This document shows, in pieces, positions 58,389-64,000 of a stretch of 64,000 nt of DNA. The DNA is from an uncultured Gammaproteobacteria bacterium (lineage in GTDB: Bacteria > Pseudomonadota > Gammaproteobacteria > Steroidobacterales > BM003). The position numbers and the translations under genes were made by a program. The stretch is taken from positions 852,872 through 916,871 of the forward strand of contig CAWGLN010000001.1 in assembly GCA_963823435.1 (NCBI GenBank), read 5' to 3'. Position 1 is the first letter of the stretch. Every line of letters starts with the position of its first letter. The notes under the pieces are model-generated. The model was not told where the DNA came from and searched no databases. It was given only the letters and a program-made list of their open reading frames with translations.

Positions 58389-58526
58389 GGTCGGCTGCCT
58401 TGGGTGCTTTGAAGGTCTGTTGCTATAGTCGGTGGGGCAACGGTCCGCTGACGGGTATAATGCATCCCTTTGGCCCGGACCCCAGGGCTGGATAGTGTAG
58501 CGTCTAGATTAAGCGAGGAATACCAC

Positions 58527-59273
58527 TTGAAGTTGGAAAGCGCCCAAGTCAGCCTGCTTGGCACCCGCGCGGAGAACCAGGACCGGGTGGCTGTAAAGAT
58601 TGGCAGGCAATCAAGCCTGATGGCCGTGGTTGACGGTATGGGGGGGCACTCGGATGGCGCGTTGGCGGCGGACGAGGGCATAAACTCGATACTGAAGTCC
58701 TTTGAAAATACGCCTCACCCGATATTTGATCCCCTGGGATTTTTGCATCGTGCAGCAGGTCGGGCCCATGCGCGGTTGATTGAGCTGGGTGGTGACCTCC
58801 AGATTGATGCACGCCCCAGGGCAACCTGTGCCATTGTGTTGCTGCAGGAGGGTGCCAGTTACTGGGCGCATGTTGGCGACAGCCGTATTTATGTTGTCCG
58901 CAATGGCAGTGTGCTCGAACGCACGCGGGATCACAGTCACGTTGAGCTATTGCTCAGGGAGGGTGTGATAACCGAGGCAGAAGTCCGCACCCATCCCATG
59001 CGGAATTTCGTTGAGTGCTGCCTGGGGGGGGATTTGGCCCTGCCGGAAATGAGCGTTACCCGGCGCAAGCCCCTGAACCCGGGGGATATGTTGCTGGTCT
59101 GTACCGACGGGCTCTGGTCGGGGGTGCAAGACCAGGATTTCGCCGCTTTGTCGGGGCTGGATCACGAGCACCTGGCCAAGGGTCTGGAAGAACTCGCGCT
59201 GGCGGCGGTGGAGGCAAATCTTCCCCACAGCGACAATACGACCATAGCGGCAGTGCGTTGTCTGGAGACCTGA
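58527..59273 (+). CDS. PP2C-family serine/threonine protein phosphatase
   Basis: G.R.ENQD.., VVDGMGGH, HVGDSRIY and CTDGLW motifs. A TTG start at 58527 is chosen because GAGGAA lies 7 nt upstream. The ORF track gives TTG 58470. Confidence 0.8.
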   Translation: MKLESAQVSLLGTRAENQDRVAVKIGRQSSLMAVVDGMGGHSDGALAADEGINSILKSFENTPHPIFDPLGFLHRAAGRAHARLIELGGDLQIDARPRATCAIVLLQEGASYWAHVGDSRIYVVRNGSVLERTRDHSHVELLLREGVITEAEVRTHPMRNFVECCLGGDLALPEMSVTRRKPLNPGDMLLVCTDGLWSGVQDQDFAALSGLDHEHLAKGLEELALAAVEANLPHSDNTTIAAVRCLET

Positions 59274-59304
59274 CGGCCTGTCAGTAACAGGCGAATTCTA
59301 TTAG

Positions 59305-59337
59305 CTTGCCAACCCGGTGGGGTTGGCAAGTCTCGTT
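59305..59337 (+). terminator. Rho-independent terminator after the PP2C gene
   Basis: A perfect 11-bp stem, CTTGCCAACCC-ggtg-GGGTTGGCAAG, is followed by TCTCGTTT. Confidence 0.6.
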
Positions 59338-59354
59338 TCAAACCAGGAGTTTTC

Positions 59355-60071
59355 ATGCGTCCAAGCGGCAGAGCCCCCAACCAGATGCGCGAGGTCAGTT
59401 TTCAGCGCCATTTCACCCGACATGCCGAGGGGTCTGTACTGACCTGCTTCGGCGATACGCGTGTCCTGGTAACCGCCTCGGTAGAGGAACGCGTGCCTGG
59501 CTTTTTGCGCGGCACCGGCCAGGGCTGGGTAACTGCGGAGTACGGTATGTTGCCCCGGTCCACTCACACGCGCAGCGACCGCGAGGCTACCCGTGGCAAA
59601 CAGGGCGGGCGCACGCTGGAAATTCAGCGCTTGATCGGGCGATCCTTGCGCGCCGTTATGGATTTGCATGCACTGGGAGAGCGAACCATTACCCTGGATT
59701 GTGACGTTTTACAGGCCGATGGTGGCACTCGCACGGCATCAATTTCCGGTGGCTATGTGGCCCTGGTGGATGCAATCAATGTGCTGATGAAAAAAAACCG
59801 CCTGAAGCGCAGCCCTATTCATGGACAGGTAGCGGCGGTCTCGGTCGGAATGTACAAGGGCGAGGCGGTGCTGGACCTGGATTATCCCGAGGACTCCGAG
59901 GCGGAGACCGACATGAATGTGGTGATGAATGAGCTTGGCGCTTTCATTGAAGTGCAGGGTACCGCCGAGGGCCATGCTTTTCGTCGGGACGAACTGGATC
60001 GCTTGCTGGACCTGGCGGCCCTGGGAGCGGACAGGATCGTTGAGGCCCAGCTGGCTGCGTTGGCGGACTAG
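59355..60071 (+). CDS. rph: Ribonuclease PH
   Basis: MRPSGR...R.......AEGSVL..FGDT.VL..AS... [38 protein letters not shown]. Confidence 0.95.
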   Translation: MRPSGRAPNQMREVSFQRHFTRHAEGSVLTCFGDTRVLVTASVEERVPGFLRGTGQGWVTAEYGMLPRSTHTRSDREATRGKQGGRTLEIQRLIGRSLRAVMDLHALGERTITLDCDVLQADGGTRTASISGGYVALVDAINVLMKKNRLKRSPIHGQVAAVSVGMYKGEAVLDLDYPEDSEAETDMNVVMNELGAFIEVQGTAEGHAFRRDELDRLLDLAALGADRIVEAQLAALAD

Positions 60072-60076
60072 GGGGC

Positions 60077-60694
60077 GTGGGTATGACTGGCGACCTCACA
60101 ACCGTGGTGCTGGCCACCGGCAACCCGGGCAAGCTTCGCGAGCTTCGGTCGCTGTTGTCTGGTCTGCCGGTGGAGATCGTACCGCAAAGCAATTACGAGA
60201 TTGAAGCGGCTGTGGAATCCGGCTTGAGCTTTGTTGAGAATGCCCTGATAAAGGCGCGTCACGCCTCAGCGCATACGGGTTTACCGGCAATAGCGGATGA
60301 TTCCGGTTTGGCGGTGGATGCCCTGGCTGGGGCGCCGGGTATTTATTCCTCGCGCTATGCCGGCGAGCAGGCCGGCGATGCGGATAACGTAATCAAGCTT
60401 CTGGACAGCATGAAAGACCTGGACATCGCCCACAGGACAGCCCGCTTTCATTGTGTCGCGGTATGGGTAAGTCATGCGCTGGATCCGGTACCGATAATCT
60501 GCCAGGGCGTGTGGGAGGGTCGAATAGCCAAGCGCGCCTCGGGTGACGGTGGTTTTGGTTATGATCCGGTGTTTCAACTCGCTGACGGTCGTACTGCTGC
60601 CCAGCTTGCAAAGGAAGAAAAGAACCGGATAAGTCACAGGGCACAGGCAATGCGCTGTCTGGTCTCGGCGCTGGAAGCGCGCCTGGGCGGCTAG
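60077..60694 (+). CDS. rdgB: dITP/XTP pyrophosphatase (RdgB/HAM1)
   Basis: VVLATGNPGKLRELRSLL.., ADDSGL.VDAL.GAPGIYSSRY and GFGYDP.F. Confidence 0.9.
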   Translation: MGMTGDLTTVVLATGNPGKLRELRSLLSGLPVEIVPQSNYEIEAAVESGLSFVENALIKARHASAHTGLPAIADDSGLAVDALAGAPGIYSSRYAGEQAGDADNVIKLLDSMKDLDIAHRTARFHCVAVWVSHALDPVPIICQGVWEGRIAKRASGDGGFGYDPVFQLADGRTAAQLAKEEKNRISHRAQAMRCLVSALEARLGG

Positions 60695-60697
60695 GGC

Positions 60698-61858
60698 GTG
60701 CGGGCCGACATCCCCCTGGCGCTATATGTGCACCTCCCCTGGTGCGTACGAAAGTGTCCATACTGCGACTTCAACTCCCGCGCCCTCAAGGGTGACCTGC
60801 CAGCCCAGGCCTATACCCAGGCGCTGATCATGGATTTGCGCCAGACCCTGGAGGAGTTGGACGGACGTCCCATCGGCACGGTATTTTTTGGTGGCGGCAC
60901 GCCCAGTCTGTTTCCTGCGGCCCAGATCGCGAGGCTGCTCCAGGTATTACGCGAGGAATACCCGCTCAGGGCAGACGCCGAGATCACCCTGGAGGCGAAC
61001 CCGGGAACCCGGGAGGGAATAGATTTTGACGCCTTGCTGGCGGCCGGGGTCAACCGCCTGTCGGTGGGCGCCCAGACCTTCAATCCGGAAATGTTGAAAA
61101 GTCTGGGACGGATACACTCGGCGGACGACATTCCCTTGACCGTGGAGCGGGCACGCAAGGCGGGCTTTGACAACATCAACCTGGATATCATGCATGGCCT
61201 GCCGGGACAGCAGGTGTCCATGGCCCTTGAGGATTTGCGCCTGGCCCTGGCCCTGGAACCCCGGCACCTGTCCTGGTACCAATTGACGATAGAGCCCAAT
61301 ACGGTTTTTTGGGCCAACCCTCCCGAGTTGCCGGAGGAGGGAATTCTTTGCGATATCCAGGATCAAGGCAGGGGGCTGCTCGAGCGCGCCGGGTTTGTCC
61401 AGTATGAGGTATCCGCCTGGGCCCGCCCAGGGGACGAGTGCAGGCATAACCTGAACTACTGGCGCTTTGGTGACTACCTGGGGATTGGAGCCGGGGCGCA
61501 CGAGAAACTTACCCTGAAAGGAAAGATTTTGCGCCGCGCTCGTTGGAGCAACCCGGATCGCTACCAGCAACAGGTGGGCAAGGGGCAACGCTGGGCCGAG
61601 AGCCGACAGCCTTGCGGCGAGGAACTGGTGTTCGAATTTATGCTCAATGCCCTGCGTCTTCGAGCCGGCTTCACGCTGGAGATGTTTGCCGGTCAGACGG
61701 GTCTCGCACCGGACATGATTTTGCCCCGCCTGCAGGGAGCCGAAAGCCGCGGAATGATGGAACAATGGGGAAACGAAGGCTGGCGCCCTACAGATTTGGG
61801 CTTTCGTTTTTTGAATGACCTGCAGGCGATATTCCTGGATGAAGCTGCGCGAGTTTGA
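60698..61858 (+). CDS. hemW: Radical SAM heme chaperone HemW (HemN-like)
   Basis: LYVHLPWCVRKCPYCDFNS radical-SAM motif, GGGTPSL, and the conserved position after rph-rdgB. Confidence 0.85.
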   Translation: MRADIPLALYVHLPWCVRKCPYCDFNSRALKGDLPAQAYTQALIMDLRQTLEELDGRPIGTVFFGGGTPSLFPAAQIARLLQVLREEYPLRADAEITLEANPGTREGIDFDALLAAGVNRLSVGAQTFNPEMLKSLGRIHSADDIPLTVERARKAGFDNINLDIMHGLPGQQVSMALEDLRLALALEPRHLSWYQLTIEPNTVFWANPPELPEEGILCDIQDQGRGLLERAGFVQYEVSAWARPGDECRHNLNYWRFGDYLGIGAGAHEKLTLKGKILRRARWSNPDRYQQQVGKGQRWAESRQPCGEELVFEFMLNALRLRAGFTLEMFAGQTGLAPDMILPRLQGAESRGMMEQWGNEGWRPTDLGFRFLNDLQAIFLDEAARV

Positions 61859-61974
61859 GTCTTGTCGCAAGTATGCCGAAGCCCGGGATAACGACTTGTC
61901 AGTGGGCATTTCGGGTATAAGCTCCTGTGTCGCCCCTGTCTGGCCCCTCCGGACCTGAGGAAACGGCGATTTTC

Positions 61975-62011
61975 TGTGGATTCCAGGCCGCCGTGGCGGA
62001 GATTATTCACA
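61975..62011. promoter_or_regulatory. Two upstream DnaA-box matches
   Basis: TGTGGATTC at 61975-61983 matches 7/9 of TGTGNATAA. TTATTCACA at 62003-62011 matches TTATNCACA exactly. Confidence 0.4.
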
Positions 62012-62191
62012 AACAGGAAATTCCGGGCAGGAGCAGGTCCTGGCGCTAGCGCGGCTGGTTTTACGCGAATCAAATCCGGTATAACTTATTGAAAAACAAG
62101 TAATAAAATAATTGGCTATTTTCTGCTCAGACCGTCTGAAGTAGCGGAATTTTGCTGACGGCATACACTCTTGCAGACTTAATACACAGAG

Positions 62192-62214
62192 TTATCCACA
62201 GGATTTGTGGATAA
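62192..62214. promoter_or_regulatory. Perfect inverted pair of consensus DnaA boxes
   Basis: TTATCCACA (62192-62200), then ggatt, then TGTGGATAA (62206-62214). An AT-rich stretch (about 62081-62125) lies about 70 bp upstream, and rpmE starts at 62388. Confidence 0.55.
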
Positions 62215-62387
62215 TCCTGAAACTCCATGCCGGGTCGATGGTAGGCAGCGTTAGTTAAAGTTAAACGTGAGCAGATGTGGTGCAAGTTCTTGAAGTTTGG
62301 TTCGATTGGAATTCGGACTTGTCAGATGTTCGGGTAAAAGTTACACTTCGCGCCCTTTTTGCAGGCAGAGGCTGGACGGGCAAGTTC

Positions 62388-62597
62388 ATGAAAGCGGATA
62401 TCCACCCGGAATACAAAGAAATCAAGGTTATTTGCAGTTGTGGCAATGACTTCACCACTCGCTCCACCCTGGGTGAAGAGTTGCATGTGGAAGTTTGCTC
62501 GCAGTGCCACCCCTTCTACACCGGCAAGCAGAAGATTCTCGACTCCGGTGGTCGGGTAGATAAATTCCGTCGCAAATACGGGATGGCGGGCAAGTAA
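62388..62597 (+). CDS. rpmE: 50S ribosomal protein L31 (Zn-ribbon type)
   Basis: [27 protein letters not shown]......[16 protein letters not shown], 69 aa. Confidence 0.95.
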   Translation: MKADIHPEYKEIKVICSCGNDFTTRSTLGEELHVEVCSQCHPFYTGKQKILDSGGRVDKFRRKYGMAGK

Positions 62598-62633
62598 GGC
62601 CTGTTGCGACCCGAGACCTGATTCTTTCTAAAA

Positions 62634-62660
62634 GGCGCCCCTTGTGGGGCGCTTTTTTTT
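62634..62660 (+). terminator. Strong rho-independent terminator after rpmE
   Basis: GCGCCCC-ttgt-GGGGCGC is followed by eight T. Confidence 0.75.
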
Positions 62661-62923
62661 GGTTCCGAGCCCGGGATTCCGGTGTATTTGCGATTGCCGC
62701 AAAAAGGCGCATCGCTATACCTCCCGTGGCTTATACTGATTGTCACCTCCCTTCGCGCTGGCATAGTGTCTGACACGGATTTGAGCGGCTTTTGCGGTGC
62801 ATGGATAGCCTGCCTTGTTGGCTCTATTGCTTGTCCTTATCCGCTTGTCGAACGAAAGCGTTTCGGCGGGTCCTGCCTTCGTGGGGGAAAGCTCGGGATT
62901 GAATGACGATAGGAAGCTCAGTT

Positions 62924-64000
62924 ATGACGAACAAGACATTTACGCTGACCAATAACTCTACCGGCGTCTCCGTGGATATGCCCGTAAAGACAGGCACCCT
63001 GGGGCCGGACGTCGTGGATATTGGTGCGCTGTATAAACAGCACAACGTGTTTACCTTTGATCCGGGTTTTGTATCTACAGGCAGTTGCGAAAGCAATATT
63101 ACTTATATTGATGGTGAGAAAGGGGTGCTGTTGTATCGCGGTTACCCGATAGAGCAATTGGCCGGGCGCTCCAACTTCATAGAAGTGGCTTACCTGCTTC
63201 TGCATGGGGAATTGCCGAGCGCGTCCGAACTGGGCGAGTTCACCGGGTCGATTACCTATCACACCATGATCAACGAGGCTTTTCTGCGTTTCTTTAACGG
63301 CTTCCATCACAACGCCCATCCCATGGCCATGGTGTCGGGTGTAATTGGTTCGATGTCGGCGTTCTACCACGATTCCATGAATATTGATGACCCCGCTCAT
63401 CGCGAGATTTTCGCGCATCGTGTCATTGCCAAGATTCCGACCGTTGCGGCAGCCGCCTTCAAGCATTCGATGGGGCAGCCTTTTGTCTATCCGCGCAACG
63501 ATCTGGACTACTGCAGTAATGTGCTGAACATGTTCTTCGCTGTGCCATGCGAGCCATACAAGATCAGCCCGCTCGCAGCCAGGGCCCTGGACCTGTTGTT
63601 CATATTGCATGCGGATCACGAGCAAAATTGCAGCACCTCGACTGTGCGCCTGGCGGGCAGTTCCGGTGCCAACCCCTACGCAGCAATTGCTGCGGGCGTA
63701 TCAGCCCTTTGGGGACCGGCACACGGTGGCGCCAACGAAGCGGTGCTGAAAATGCTCAACGCCATCGGATCAGTGGAGAACATTCCGAAGTTCGTGGCAC
63801 GGGCCAAGGACAAGAATGATCCCTTCAGGCTGATGGGTTTTGGCCACCGCGTGTACAAGAACTTTGATCCGCGGGCCACGCTTATTCGCGAAATGTGCCA
63901 CGAAGTCCTCAAGGAAATGGGGGATAGTAATGCGCCCTTGTTCGAGCTGGCCCTGGCCCTGGAAGAGGTAGCGTTGAAGGATGAGTACTTTATCGAAAAG
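62924..64000 (+). CDS. gltA: Citrate synthase (type II), 5' part; it runs off the window
   Basis: ATG 62924 has an AGGAAG RBS. The frame is open to the window end, so it is not in the ORF track. ..[22 protein letters not shown].., [29 protein letters not shown] and [16 protein letters not shown]. Confidence 0.95.
   Translation, partial: MTNKTFTLTNNSTGVSVDMPVKTGTLGPDVVDIGALYKQHNVFTFDPGFVSTGSCESNITYIDGEKGVLLYRGYPIEQLAGRSNFIEVAYLLLHGELPSASELGEFTGSITYHTMINEAFLRFFNGFHHNAHPMAMVSGVIGSMSAFYHDSMNIDDPAHREIFAHRVIAKIPTVAAAAFKHSMGQPFVYPRNDLDYCSNVLNMFFAVPCEPYKISPLAARALDLLFILHADHEQNCSTSTVRLAGSSGANPYAAIAAGVSALWGPAHGGANEAVLKMLNAIGSVENIPKFVARAKDKNDPFRLMGFGHRVYKNFDPRATLIREMCHEVLKEMGDSNAPLFELALALEEVALKDEYFIEK

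Noticed and set aside
61900-62390. Whether the DnaA-box cluster plus AT-rich stretch is the chromosomal origin (oriC).
   Set aside because: No dnaA, dnaN, rpmH, gidA or parAB genes are nearby. Gene orientation does not switch around the site. The AT-rich stretch shows no obvious 13-mer-like tandem repeats. A secondary DnaA-binding locus or a DnaA-regulated promoter fits better.
1-64000. CRISPR arrays, IS elements, integrases, prophage or defence-island genes, rRNA and tRNA genes.
   Set aside because: No tandem direct repeats with spacers, no transposase- or integrase-like ORFs, and no tRNA or rRNA signatures were seen on either strand.

Overview
This is a core chromosomal segment of a roughly 58-60% GC gammaproteobacterium. 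The class call rests on gene content and synteny: gmk-rpoZ-spoT-ridA-recG, rph-rdgB-hemW, tatABC, ubiCA, trkAH, and coxBA-ctaG-coxC-SURF1-cyoE. A marine Cellvibrionales-like lineage is only a guess. Coding density is high. I found no rRNA, tRNA, CRISPR array, transposase, integrase or prophage genes.

Main blocks, left to right:
- Small housekeeping genes: yciH, slyX, yhbQ-like GIY-YIG, and a DksA/TraR zinc finger.
- A D-amino-acid-flavoured cluster: PLP decarboxylase, Asp/Glu racemase, CaCA antiporter, DgcA-like epimerase, DgcN-like DUF1611 and a secreted D-aminoacylase.
- speB, then DUF302-czcD.
- A large, badly broken MscK-like channel gene.
- The three-gene AmmeMemoRadiSam system.
- fieF.
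- An ACE-like M2 peptidase next to a POT peptide transporter.
- tatABC and dtd.
- A TRAP transporter.
- trkH and trkA, then uvrD.
- An aa3-type cytochrome oxidase cluster.
- bioC-like and comF, then ubiCA.
- recG-ridA-spoT-rpoZ-gmk.
- An orphan 331-aa ORF.
- An osmoprotectant-type ABC transporter.
- yicC, a PP2C phosphatase, and rph-rdgB-hemW.
- rpmE and the 5' part of gltA.

Points worth a second look:
1. Many conserved genes are frame-disrupted. Most breaks can be repaired at short homopolymer runs, which points to assembly error. Two genes are broken far more densely and may be real pseudogenes.
2. A cluster of DnaA boxes, including a perfect inverted pair, lies upstream of rpmE.
3. The function-unknown AmmeMemoRadiSam triad is present.
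4. An orphan 331-aa protein has its own promoter-like and terminator signals.
5. A 150-bp AT-rich island carries spaced GGAATT repeats.

All homology statements come from reading the translations against remembered family signatures. No database search was run.
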